NCBI GenBank assembly: GCA_964594455.1
Contig: CAZQLY010000003.1
Span: 37,360 to 101,359, forward strand
DNA: 64,000 nt
From: an uncultured Gammaproteobacteria bacterium
GTDB lineage: Bacteria > Patescibacteriota > Patescibacteriia > JAHIZJ01
Direction: 5' to 3'
Below, in pieces: positions 45,903 to 55,043 of this stretch (its first letter is position 1; every line of letters starts with the position of its first letter). The position numbers and the translations under genes were made by a program. The notes beneath the pieces were generated by a model, which saw nothing but the letters and a program-made list of their open reading frames with translations, ran no database searches and was not told the origin of the DNA.

Positions 45903-47260
45903 ATTTTACCGCGATACTTTTTAAAATAAATATATATGGGTGTTCCGGTGAAGCCGTAAACTGACCGGAGCTTCTTCTCAACAAAGCGCAAATAGGCAGT
46001 GGGTAAGTCTCCTGGAACGTTAGCGCTGATCTGAAATGAAGGAGGCTCGACACCGAATTGTTTGATTGACAATGATATTTTTTTGTTTTTTTGGGCCGTG
46101 GTTAGAGGCGGTTTTTTCTGATTGACTAGAGATTTAATGATTTCAGTTAATTCCTCAGGGGCTATATCTTTTTTCCTCTGCTTTTGGACTTCTATGGCTT
46201 TTGGAAAAATATATTTTGTACCCATTCCTGTCAGGGCTGAGACTGCCAATACAGGAGCCCAATCAAGGAAGGGTAATGAGCGTAGAATATTTTTCTTGAT
46301 TAGTTTAGTTTTTTCTTGCGTCTCTTGGCTTAACAGGTCTGACTTATTTGCCAGAATAATTAGACCCTTGTTATTTCGAATGATTAGCTGTGCCAAGCGT
46401 TTGTCCTGAGCGGTAATGGGCTGACTGATATCAAGAACTAGTAGGGAAACATCGCATTTTTTTATAGTCTCGATGGTTTTGGATTCGCTTTCTTTTTCCA
46501 GAGTTTTAGTTTTGCGAAAGGCCTTCCTTATTTTACCACGTTTACGCAGACCAGCTGTATCAATCAGGCAAACCTTTTCACCGTTTATTGTAATTGCAAC
46601 GTCATGAGATTCTCGGGTGGTGTAGGGAATAGGGGTGACAATTGAACGCTCTTCGCCTACTAAGGCGTTCATGAGGGATGATTTTCCAACGTTAGGTTTA
46701 CCAATTAAAGAGATTGAAAGCGAGGGTTTATCTATTTCATTATCAGTGGTGCTTTTCTGAAAGATATGTTCAAACACTTCATCCAATAAATCGCCTGTAC
46801 CTCGGCCGTTTTTTGCCGACACTATTTGAAGTTTATCAAAACCGAATTTATGATAATCGGTGCTGATAAATTCTTCATGCTTTTGATTGTCGATTTTGTT
46901 TACTACAAGTAAAGTTGGTAATCCAGTCTGGCGGACAAACTTCAGCGCCTCTCGATCCGGAGCAGTTGGCTCGACCTGGCCATCAACTACTAAAAGAAGT
47001 AGATCAGCTATTTGACTGGCTCGTTTGATGTGATCGACTATGCGTTGCTCTATTTCACTTTGCTGATCGATATCTAATCCTCCGGTATCTATGAGTTTGA
47101 TTTCTGATCCGCGCCAATCAATAAAAGCCTCATTCCTATCACGGGTAGTACCGGGCAAGCTTGAGGTGATGGCTTTTGATTCTTCTACTAAGCGGTTAAA
47201 CAACGTCGATTTGCCGACATTAGTCCGTCCGATGATGGCCACCGTTTTCATGCCTGACAT
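45899..47260 (-). CDS. der: ribosome-associated GTPase Der (EngA), double GTP-binding domains
   Basis: Two G domains (GRTNVGKSTLFNRL ... DTGG ... NKID and GKPNVGKSSLMNAL ... DTAG ... NKSD) plus a C-terminal KH-like domain. Confidence 0.85.
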   Translation of the reverse strand: MSGMKTVAIIGRTNVGKSTLFNRLVEESKAITSSLPGTTRDRNEAFIDWRGSEIKLIDTGGLDIDQQSEIEQRIVDHIKRASQIADLLLLVVDGQVEPTAPDREALKFVRQTGLPTLLVVNKIDNQKHEEFISTDYHKFGFDKLQIVSAKNGRGTGDLLDEVFEHIFQKSTTDNEIDKPSLSISLIGKPNVGKSSLMNALVGEERSIVTPIPYTTRESHDVAITINGEKVCLIDTAGLRKRGKIRKAFRKTKTLEKESESKTIETIKKCDVSLLVLDISQPITAQDKRLAQLIIRNNKGLIILANKSDLLSQETQEKTKLIKKNILRSLPFLDWAPVLAVSALTGMGTKYIFPKAIEVQKQRKKDIAPEELTEIIKSLVNQKKPPLTTAQKNKKISLSIKQFGVEPPSFQISANVPGDLPTAYLRFVEKKLRSVYGFTGTPIYIYFKKYRGKI

Positions 47261-47276
47261 GGAATTGAGGTGCGGT

Positions 47277-48842
47277 TTAATAATTTAAATTAGTATTGGC
47301 TGAGTACCCGAAAACCTGGGATTCTAGGATATCAGAGCCCAAGACAATTAAGATATCAATATCTTCTGTTTCAGTTGTTGGAACGTTTGTGAGATTGCCG
47401 ATTGAGTTTTCTATGGGAATTTCTGGATTAGTTTGCCCGATTACGTCGGCAGTTGAGTCAGACAAGAATATCGGAGCATTGGCTGAAACCTCCGCAGCCA
47501 ATTCTTTTTTTAGCAGCTGAAGCGTTTCTGGATTATTACCCAATGACAGGTCATAAATTATGGTGGTTGTTTCCGTGTTACTGGCAGCGTTACCGACTTC
47601 CACAACATTATATCCTATATCTTTCAGTAAGTTGGCTGTCGTGTCGGCTAAGCCATTAGTGGCGGTGCCGTTTTGTATTTCTATTTTGGCTGATTCTTTG
47701 GAAATTGCGGTGTAATTAAAAATATTTTTGGCTAAAGCCTGTATTTCTGAATAATCACCAGCAACTGGTTGGAGGACATAAGCGCCATCGGCTGTATAAT
47801 CTGAGTAAAGCAATCCGTTGGGGCTGGTATCCAGTACTCGGCTAACAATTTTTGAAGTATCTATATCTTGGAGCAAGTCGGCCAATCGAACAACTTCCCA
47901 GATTTCCATATCAGTCTTTAAATGACTTCCTAAAGCCTCAGAAATATCAACCACTTTTTTGGGATTTATCAAAGTACCAAAAGAAAGAATCTCCTTTTTT
48001 GCTTGAGAGAGTACTTGTTGCTGTCGCCGGGAACGAGCAAAGTCTGATCCTTCACCATTGGTGCCATGGCGTGAGCGTACATATTTGAGAGCTGTTTCAC
48101 CATCCATTGTTTGGATACCAGCCTTAAATGAAACGGTTTGGTATCCATAATTGTTATCAGGATATTGATAGTCTGTAAATGATCGCTCTACGTCGATTTC
48201 GACACCGTTTACCAAGTCAATTACCTCAGTAAAACCGGAGAAATCAATTGAAGCATAATAATGAATATCTTGATCTATTACGTCTTCGATAATACTAGCT
48301 AGAAATCTTTCCCCGCCTTTATCTGGGTTTTCGAAATAACCAAAGGCATTTGCGTTATTGATCTTTCTCCAGCCGTAGCCCGGTATTTCAACTAAAAAGT
48401 CGCGAGGAATAGACAACATGGCCACTTCGTGAGATGAGGGCTTAAGACTGGCTATGATAATAGTATCAGCCAAATATGATCCTTCGTGGCCTGGACCGCC
48501 CATACCGACCAGTAGTATATTTACCCGATCCATATCTTCACCGTCGATGGTTTTATCACTGCTAGTAACCAAGTGTTTTAATTGGTCAAAAAAACCAGTT
48601 TCTTGGCGGCTAAAAACACCATCACTGGAAAAGATAACTTTGTAAGAGAAAGAGAAGCCCAATATTAAAAGAAAAACCAAAACATACATACTGACCTTGA
48701 GTAGGGTCATTGGCCAGCGTTTTTTAGCCGGAGCTGATTTAACAGGGTCCTGAGGATCCTGTTTATCGGCTTGGATAGTTTGTAGATCTATTTTTTTTCG
48801 ACTCATCGTGTGAATTATAAAATATTTATCCGAAACCGTCAA
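47277..48842 (-). CDS. LytR-CpsA-Psr (LCP) family cell-envelope phosphotransferase with a C-terminal extension
   Basis: N-terminal TM helix, then ..VNILLVGMGGPGHEGSYLADTIIIASLKPSSHEVAMLSIPRDFLVEIPG...GETALKYVRSRH.. LCP core. Confidence 0.7.
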   Translation of the reverse strand: MTVSDKYFIIHTMSRKKIDLQTIQADKQDPQDPVKSAPAKKRWPMTLLKVSMYVLVFLLILGFSFSYKVIFSSDGVFSRQETGFFDQLKHLVTSSDKTIDGEDMDRVNILLVGMGGPGHEGSYLADTIIIASLKPSSHEVAMLSIPRDFLVEIPGYGWRKINNANAFGYFENPDKGGERFLASIIEDVIDQDIHYYASIDFSGFTEVIDLVNGVEIDVERSFTDYQYPDNNYGYQTVSFKAGIQTMDGETALKYVRSRHGTNGEGSDFARSRRQQQVLSQAKKEILSFGTLINPKKVVDISEALGSHLKTDMEIWEVVRLADLLQDIDTSKIVSRVLDTSPNGLLYSDYTADGAYVLQPVAGDYSEIQALAKNIFNYTAISKESAKIEIQNGTATNGLADTTANLLKDIGYNVVEVGNAASNTETTTIIYDLSLGNNPETLQLLKKELAAEVSANAPIFLSDSTADVIGQTNPEIPIENSIGNLTNVPTTETEDIDILIVLGSDILESQVFGYSANTNLNY

Positions 48843-48860
48843 AAGTTTCTAATTTATCAT

Positions 48861-48889
48861 TGACAAAAGGCAAAAAGTGCGATATACTG
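48861..48889 (+). promoter_or_regulatory. perfect sigma70 consensus promoter (TTGACA-N17-TATACT) on the plus strand in a divergent intergenic region
   Basis: TTGACAaaaggcaaaaagtgcgaTATACT. Only ~40 nt separate its predicted transcription start (~48896) from the hairpin and T-run at 48929-48954. Confidence 0.4.
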
Positions 48890-48928
48890 AAAGTAGAAAA
48901 TAAAACTACAACTGAATAAGAACAAAAA

Positions 48929-48954
48929 AACCCTGTCCATTTAGCAGGGTTTTT
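48929..48954. terminator. bidirectional rho-independent terminator (ACCCTG-tccatttag-CAGGGT with A-run and T-run flanks)
   Basis: AAAAAAACCCTGTCCATTTAGCAGGGTTTTTG. It serves the minus-strand gene 48969..49916 and/or a short plus-strand transcript. Confidence 0.5.
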
Positions 48955-48968
48955 GTAATATGGTGTTT

Positions 48969-49916
48969 TTATAGTTTTGGAGTTCGGCTCATACCAGAAC
49001 GTATTTCTTTGAAAGAAGTTTGGTTTACATTTGTCATAATTAATCCGATTATCAATGGCACCAAGAAACCAGCCGTACGGGACACCAAAACGACAATAGC
49101 AGCTACCTCGTTGGAAATTCCCAGCAGGGAATAAAGGAATAGCATTGATAAATCTTGGGCGCCGATTCCTAAGGGTAAGAACGAAACTATTGCTGCTAGA
49201 GTGCCGATCGCTTCGACTCCCAATACAGCCAGAGGCGAGACGGAAAATCCTAATGAGTGTAACACGGACCAAGAGAGAAGTGACTGAGCGAACCAGGTTA
49301 GTGCCGAGTAAATAATTATAGAAATTATGTGTCGGCGGTTACCGCTAAATTTAAGATTAGCTATTTTTTCATAAAGTTTCTCAAACCTCTTGGGAATAAA
49401 CCTTCTTAGCCAGTGCAGATTTCTGAGTACAAATAGTAAGACCAGCATTACAACCAAGAGCGCTAAGAAAGCCCAGATCAAGTTGGAACCTTCCATGAAT
49501 TGAATAACGAAGAATATCGAGGCCAAACTTAAAAACAAAAAATCAAATACCCGCTCAAAGATTGTCAGGGTGGTCCCAGTCAGACCAGGCACTTTTTTTT
49601 GCCAGAGTAAATAAATTTTGCTGGCTTCACCCAATCTCCCTGGCGTCATCATAGCAATGGCAATGCCCACCATCTGGATGAAGGTAACATCTTTAAAAGA
49701 CAACCTGTAGCCGTAGTATTTTAGAACAGCGCCGAACCGAATGATCTTGAAATAAATACTGAACATAAAAAAGATAAATCCCAGCGTCAACCAGAGTTTG
49801 TTTGACTGGACAAAAAGATCGCCGATCTGGGCGTAATCCAGTCCAGATAAAAAGTAAATTAAAAACGCCACTATAGCGACGTTGATGATGATAAATATTA
49901 TCTTTGCTTTTTTCAT
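48969..49916 (-). CDS. flippase-like / lysylphosphatidylglycerol-synthase TM-region family membrane protein (UPF0104-like)
   Basis: 315-aa 8-TM protein. ..MVGIAIAMMTPGRLGEASKIYLL.. is typical of this family. Confidence 0.45.
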   Translation of the reverse strand: MKKAKIIFIIINVAIVAFLIYFLSGLDYAQIGDLFVQSNKLWLTLGFIFFMFSIYFKIIRFGAVLKYYGYRLSFKDVTFIQMVGIAIAMMTPGRLGEASKIYLLWQKKVPGLTGTTLTIFERVFDFLFLSLASIFFVIQFMEGSNLIWAFLALLVVMLVLLFVLRNLHWLRRFIPKRFEKLYEKIANLKFSGNRRHIISIIIYSALTWFAQSLLSWSVLHSLGFSVSPLAVLGVEAIGTLAAIVSFLPLGIGAQDLSMLFLYSLLGISNEVAAIVVLVSRTAGFLVPLIIGLIMTNVNQTSFKEIRSGMSRTPKL

Positions 49917-50034
49917 TTGTATTTTATTAATAAGGTAAATACGGCCTAAATATAGCAGATTTTTGAAAAAGTATCCAGTTTGCCGCTGGCTGGTTATTAA
50001 GATACAATGAAAGAGTGTTACTTAAGAAATATTA

Positions 50035-51837
50035 GTGCATCTACTTTCTAAAAAAAGTTTATTCGTATTCAGCCTGAGCTTCTTGGTGGTTTTTATTATC
50101 GTGTTGCCTCTTTTACATAGCGGCTTCCCCTGGAATCATGACAAAGAGCTTTATATGGTCTGGTTATCTGAGTTTGATGTTGGTATTAAAGATGGACAAT
50201 TCTTGCCACGCTGGGTTCCGGATGTCTGGGTAGGATACGGCAGCCCACTTTTTAATTTTAACCAGCCTCTGTTTTATTATATTGCTGAACTATTCCATTT
50301 AATAGGAATTTCATTGCTGGCGTCGGTTAAACTAACACTGATCATTATCACTGCTCTGGGTTTCTGGTTTATGTATTTATTGGCCAGACAGTTTTTTGAA
50401 AGCCGAGGCGCGCTGATTTCTGCAGTAATATATTCGCTTTCGTCATACCATTTGGGACTGATATACAGTCGGGGAGCTCTGTCAGAATATTTAGCTATGT
50501 GTCTTCTGCCGCTTTTGTTTTTTCTCTTCTACCGCCTCAGACGAATTAGTTCCTTAAAATATTTCTTTTGGTGTGCTCTGGTGGTGGCTCTATTATTATT
50601 ATCACACAACATATCTACTATATTGTATTTACCACTGTTGACTGTTTTTATATTGATTTTTGGGAAACGAAAGTTTTCTTCCTACCTTTTATCTCTTGGT
50701 TCAATAGTAGTTGGGTTTTTATTATCGGCTTGGTTTTGGCTGCCGGCTTTTGCCGAGAGGCAGTATTTAAAGATAGACAACCTTTATTCCGGTCCCTACG
50801 ATTACCACAACAATTTTACCAGCTTAGGCAACCTCTTTTACAGCAACTTCATGGACAATACCGCGGTTTTCTACCAAGTAAGTTTTGTAGCTAGCTTGAT
50901 AATAGTTATCACAGTGGTTGCTTTATTCGTGCATTGGCAAAAAGATGTTCAGAAAAGCCGGATGGTCTTGTTCTTCTTAGTTATATCTTTGCTCAGCGTG
51001 TTCATGACCAACGCGGCATCGCTAATAATCTGGGAAAACGTACCCCTGATGGAATATTTGCAGTTTCCTTGGCGTTGGCTGAGTGTTGTTAACTTTGGCC
51101 TAGCTATTTGTGCCGGGGTGGTAGCCTGGCCGTTTATGCAAAGAGCTTTTGCCTGGATTTATAAAAAAATTAATTCTAAAGCCGAATATCGCTATCCCGT
51201 AGTTACTCCCGTGATTATCATTTTACTTTTGTTTTTCTTCTCACCCAGTCTGGGTCCATCAGGCGGATATTTGCCACAAAAGACAGACGAGCAATACACC
51301 CCACATCAACAAATTGTGGACCAACTGCATGAATCTACTACCTTAAATACGTTTGTATACAAAACCGCGATTTTTCCCCGAGATAACGATTTGGATAAAC
51401 TTGAAGAACGAGCCAACAACACGGTCCGGGATTTGTATGATCATATGCTAAACAACCAAGAATTTTTCTATCAGTCAGTCGAATTATTATCCGGACAGGC
51501 GATGATTACAGAAACGAATTCAACATCAGTCAGAGAAGAATACGAAATAGATTCCGTGGGAGAGTCAAAAATTATGATCAATACTTTTTGGTTTCCAGGT
51601 TGGCAAGCTGAGCTCGATGGTCAAGCAACGTCTATTAGCGTCAATGAAGATTATGGTCTGATGGAGTTCACCATACCGGCTGGTGTTCATAGTTTAGTCA
51701 TTGAATTTAAAAACACTACAATTAGAACTATAGCCAATATAGTTTCGTCCGTTGCCCTGGTTATATATGTTTTATTCGGTCTGTATCTGATTATTAAAAG
51801 GAAAACTCATAGTCCTGATGAAAAAATACTGGCCTAA
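50035..51837 (+). CDS. large polytopic membrane protein, putative GT-C-fold glycosyltransferase (YfhO/PMT-like)
   Basis: 600 aa. The conserved N-terminal region LPLLHSGFPWNHDKELYMVWLSEFDVGIKDGQFLPRWVPDVWVGYGSPLFNF is followed by more than 10 TM helices and a C-terminal soluble domain. Confidence 0.45.
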   Translation: MHLLSKKSLFVFSLSFLVVFIIVLPLLHSGFPWNHDKELYMVWLSEFDVGIKDGQFLPRWVPDVWVGYGSPLFNFNQPLFYYIAELFHLIGISLLASVKLTLIIITALGFWFMYLLARQFFESRGALISAVIYSLSSYHLGLIYSRGALSEYLAMCLLPLLFFLFYRLRRISSLKYFFWCALVVALLLLSHNISTILYLPLLTVFILIFGKRKFSSYLLSLGSIVVGFLLSAWFWLPAFAERQYLKIDNLYSGPYDYHNNFTSLGNLFYSNFMDNTAVFYQVSFVASLIIVITVVALFVHWQKDVQKSRMVLFFLVISLLSVFMTNAASLIIWENVPLMEYLQFPWRWLSVVNFGLAICAGVVAWPFMQRAFAWIYKKINSKAEYRYPVVTPVIIILLLFFFSPSLGPSGGYLPQKTDEQYTPHQQIVDQLHESTTLNTFVYKTAIFPRDNDLDKLEERANNTVRDLYDHMLNNQEFFYQSVELLSGQAMITETNSTSVREEYEIDSVGESKIMINTFWFPGWQAELDGQATSISVNEDYGLMEFTIPAGVHSLVIEFKNTTIRTIANIVSSVALVIYVLFGLYLIIKRKTHSPDEKILA

Positions 51838-53578
51838 AATAATAATTCTGTTGGTGGGAGCGGCAATTTTATTAATTGCTGTATTCCCTTTGTTCAATAA
51901 AGGCTTTCCGTCAAACCATGACCGCAACCTTTATATGAACTGGCTGTATGAGTTTGACCAGAATATACGCTCAGGTAATTTAATACCCCACTGGGCACCC
52001 AATGTCTGGAATGGTTATGGTTCGCCGATTTTTAACTTTGTGCAGCCTGGATTCTATTATGTTGCCGAAATATTCCATTTATTAGGCGCTAGTTTAATTA
52101 TCTCGGTCAAAATTGCGATTATTATTGCAGTTGTACTGGCTTTTGTCTTTATGTATCTCTGGAGCAGGGAAGTGTGGCAGAATTCCTGGCTAGCTCTGGG
52201 TTGTGCCACTTTATACGTTTGGTCTCCCTATCATCTAGGCAATATGTATCTTCGCGGGTCTTTTGCTGAGCTTCTAGCTATGGCTTGGTGGCCTCTTATC
52301 CTTTTTGGCATTGTTCGTTTTGTCAGAAAGAATCAACTTAAATATTTTTATATCATAGCGCTAGGAACAGCAGCGTTGTTCTTATCTCATAACTTGTTGA
52401 CGGCGATATTTCTACCAGTAGCCTTCGTTTATCTTTTAATTCTTAGTTGGAAGAAATGGCATCAGTTATTATCAGCCGTCGGGGCATTTGTATTGGGTGC
52501 TGGATTGTCAGCCTGGTTTTGGTTGCCGGCTTTGGTCGAAAAGAAATATTTAAATACTGAGCTACTGTTTTCTGGCAACAAAAATTATGCCAACAACTTT
52601 TTAAATCTAAAACAATTAATTTACACCGAGTGGAAAGATCACATTTATCTGATCGGCTTCACCGGATTGTTGGTTTGTATTATTACGATATATTTTTTAG
52701 TTGAAAAAAGAAAAGCTCTGCGCATATCAAACAAGCAGCTTTGGTTTTGGTTATCAGTTACTATAGCTTCCATCTTTATGACCAGCTGGTCGTCCAAGTT
52801 TATCTGGGATGCAATAGAGCCCTTACAGTTTTTTCAATTTCCCTGGAGGTGGTTGTCATTAGTAAGTTTGTCTTTTGGCATCATGGGTGGGATTGTGATC
52901 ATGTACAAAAGAGATGTTCAGGCTTGGACTAAGCCTTACGTGTTATCTTTCTTATTGATCATAGTAACTCTATTCGTAAATTATACCTACGCTACGCCTT
53001 CAGGTTATTTGGAAGAACGCAGTGATGAAGATTATCGTTCTTTTAGAGAGAGGGAAATAGAAATCAAGAATGCTATCGAATCCGGCGAAACAAATATTAA
53101 AGTTTATTTCTTTTCTGAGATGCCGGAATTCTTTTCCAAAAAAACATCGCTGGCTAGTCTGGAAAAAATGTTGGAAGACCAAATCAACGATTACACCACG
53201 AGACTCAAAGATGACATAAACAGTAAAATTTCTTTTCCTGATAAGCTAGTGATCACCGAAGGGGAAACAGAAATTATCAATCAGTCTATTGAGATAGATG
53301 ATTATCAATTTGAATTACTGGTTTTACGAGATTCAAAAGTGCAGATTAATACTTTGTGGTTTCCAGGCTGGAAAGTGTATTTAGATAGTAAACCAATTGA
53401 ACCAGATATCAGCAGTGATCTTGGTTTGATGGCTTTTGATATAGCAGAGGGGGAGCACAATTTGCAAATTAGCTATAAAAGTAGTCCAGTAAGAAAAGTC
53501 GGGTATGCAATAAGCTGGATTTCCATTTTACTATTACCTGGCGTGGCATTGTTAGCCAAAAAAAAGAAAGCTAAGTAA
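51818..53578 (+). CDS. paralog of 50035..51837 (putative GT-C-fold glycosyltransferase)
   Basis: 586 aa. FPLFNKGFPSNHDRNLYMNWLYEFDQNIRSGNLIPHWAPNVWNGYGSPIFNF.. Its start overlaps the upstream gene's 3' end. Confidence 0.45.
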   Translation: MKKYWPKIIILLVGAAILLIAVFPLFNKGFPSNHDRNLYMNWLYEFDQNIRSGNLIPHWAPNVWNGYGSPIFNFVQPGFYYVAEIFHLLGASLIISVKIAIIIAVVLAFVFMYLWSREVWQNSWLALGCATLYVWSPYHLGNMYLRGSFAELLAMAWWPLILFGIVRFVRKNQLKYFYIIALGTAALFLSHNLLTAIFLPVAFVYLLILSWKKWHQLLSAVGAFVLGAGLSAWFWLPALVEKKYLNTELLFSGNKNYANNFLNLKQLIYTEWKDHIYLIGFTGLLVCIITIYFLVEKRKALRISNKQLWFWLSVTIASIFMTSWSSKFIWDAIEPLQFFQFPWRWLSLVSLSFGIMGGIVIMYKRDVQAWTKPYVLSFLLIIVTLFVNYTYATPSGYLEERSDEDYRSFREREIEIKNAIESGETNIKVYFFSEMPEFFSKKTSLASLEKMLEDQINDYTTRLKDDINSKISFPDKLVITEGETEIINQSIEIDDYQFELLVLRDSKVQINTLWFPGWKVYLDSKPIEPDISSDLGLMAFDIAEGEHNLQISYKSSPVRKVGYAISWISILLLPGVALLAKKKKAK

Positions 53579-53602
53579 ATATTTTACTACTATGAATAAA
53601 TA

Positions 53603-53631
53603 TTGACAATTAGTAAAAAATGCGCTATACT
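53603..53631 (+). promoter_or_regulatory. sigma70 consensus promoter (TTGACA-N17-TATACT) with a ~160-nt A-rich leader
   Basis: TTGACAattagtaaaaaatgcgcTATACT. The leader is CA/A-rich (caacaaaaaaacaccaaaaaaacaaaaag...). Confidence 0.5.
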
Positions 53632-53721
53632 TAAGGATGTAAGGCTCATTTTCCAACAAAAAAACACCAAAAAAACAAAAAGTAAAGAAAAACCAAAAAA
53701 ACCACTGGATCAGATTATAGT

Positions 53722-53753
53722 AAAACACTTTACTTTTTGAAAAGTGTTTTTTT
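53722..53753 (+). promoter_or_regulatory. terminator-like hairpin plus T-run inside the leader (possible attenuator)
   Basis: AAAACACTTT-acttttt-GAAAAGTGTTTT followed by TTTTTAT, ~40 nt before the ATG at 53795. Confidence 0.4.
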
Positions 53754-53794
53754 ATGAGAAATTGACCCTGAAAAACAAAAATCAAAATTTAAAA

Positions 53795-54373
53795 ATGAAA
53801 AGTAATATCCGGTTTTTAAAAGAGGAAATATTTGCGGTTATTGTACTATTTTTTGCCCTATTCATGGTTTACAGTTCAATGGAAGTTTCTCGAGCCGCAA
53901 ATACGGATAACTCAGAACTATATCAAAATATAGTTACTGGATCATTGGACATCGCAGCTGAGAATACGAATATTTCATTTAACAATGCTAACTCAGGTCA
54001 AGCCGCCAACTCTCTGATGAACATGAATAACGTTCAAGTTACAGACTATCGGGGAACTGGTGCTGGCTGGTCAGCCACTGGTGCCGATATTGAAAACCTC
54101 GTTGACGTTGATGATTCCAACGTGCAGATTACTTTGAACAACAGTTTGAGGTGGTCGCCCGGTGACGTGACCAATTTAAATGGAGCTGATATCACCGGAG
54201 TAACGGCGGGAACGGATGATGTATATTTAAACGCCACCCGAAATTTGATGACAGCTACGGCTTCAAACGGCTTAGGAGCCTATCAGATCGACAACACAGT
54301 TTTGAACTTTCAAGTCGAAGTCACTGATCAGGCTGGCAACTACGCCGCTACCTTAGAACTCACTGTCAGTTAA
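53795..54373 (+). CDS. small secreted protein (signal peptide; beta-rich, Asn/Thr-rich), member of a tandem paralog pair
   Basis: The start is chosen by alignment to the paralog (MKSNIRFLKEE..). ..YRGTGAGWSATGADIEN...NATRNLMTATASNGLGAYQIDNTVLNFQVEVTDQAGNYAATLELTVS. Confidence 0.5.
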   Translation: MKSNIRFLKEEIFAVIVLFFALFMVYSSMEVSRAANTDNSELYQNIVTGSLDIAAENTNISFNNANSGQAANSLMNMNNVQVTDYRGTGAGWSATGADIENLVDVDDSNVQITLNNSLRWSPGDVTNLNGADITGVTAGTDDVYLNATRNLMTATASNGLGAYQIDNTVLNFQVEVTDQAGNYAATLELTVS

Positions 54374-54384
54374 TAAATATAAAA

Positions 54385-54963
54385 ATGAAATCAAACATCA
54401 AAACAATCAAGCAGAAAATATTCAGCACGGTGATTTTATTTTTTGCGCTGGCCATGGTATTCGGACAGATGGAAGTATCACAGGCAGCTAACACTGACAA
54501 CTCTGAGCTTTATCAGAACTTAGTAGCTGGCAGTTTGGACATCTCTGCCGAAAACGCTACAATCGCTTTTAACAATGCTAACGCCGGTCAAGCTTCAGAC
54601 TCTCTGATGAACGTGAATAATGTTCAGGTTACTGACTATCGTGGTTCCGGTGCCGGTTGGTCAGCCACCGGGGCCGACATTGAAAATTTCGTTGACGTTG
54701 ATGATGCCAATGTTCAGATTACTTTAAACAGTAGTTTACTTTGGTCACCCGGCGACATAACAAACTTAAACGGTTCTGATGTCACTGGCGTTTCTGCGGG
54801 CACTGATGATCAGTATCTAAATGCAACTCGGAATTTAATGACTGCCACGGCTGATAATGGAATGGGCGCTTATCAGATTGATAACACAGTACTGAACTTC
54901 GAAGTTGAAGTCACAGACGCAGCTGGCAACTACGCTGCTACTCTGGAATTGACAGTAAGTTAA
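54385..54963 (+). CDS. small secreted protein, paralog of 53795..54373
   Basis: 192 aa. The signal peptide is cleaved near SQA-ANT. The C-terminus ..NATRNLMTATADNGMGAYQIDNTVLNFEVEVTDAAGNYAATLELTVS is nearly identical to the paralog at the protein level but diverged at the DNA level. Confidence 0.5.
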   Translation: MKSNIKTIKQKIFSTVILFFALAMVFGQMEVSQAANTDNSELYQNLVAGSLDISAENATIAFNNANAGQASDSLMNVNNVQVTDYRGSGAGWSATGADIENFVDVDDANVQITLNSSLLWSPGDITNLNGSDVTGVSAGTDDQYLNATRNLMTATADNGMGAYQIDNTVLNFEVEVTDAAGNYAATLELTVS

Positions 54964-54988
54964 AAAAACCAAAAGCTATATAAAACTG

Positions 54989-55016
54989 TCCCGGTCGCCC
55001 CGGGATGGTTTTTTTA
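54989..55016 (+). terminator. rho-independent terminator
   Basis: TCCCGG-TCGCC-CCGGGA followed by TGGTTTTTTT. Confidence 0.6.
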
Positions 55017-55043
55017 TCGTTTAAAATCTGTTATAATGTAGTT

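Noticed and set aside
53744-53794. Upstream GTG/ATG starts for the first secreted paralog (ORF-track start at 53744)
   Set aside because: The GTG lies inside the leader hairpin. The paralog at 54385 begins MKSNIK.. and aligns with MKSNIR.. at 53795, so the longer N-terminus (MFFYEKLTLKNKNQNLK) is not conserved.
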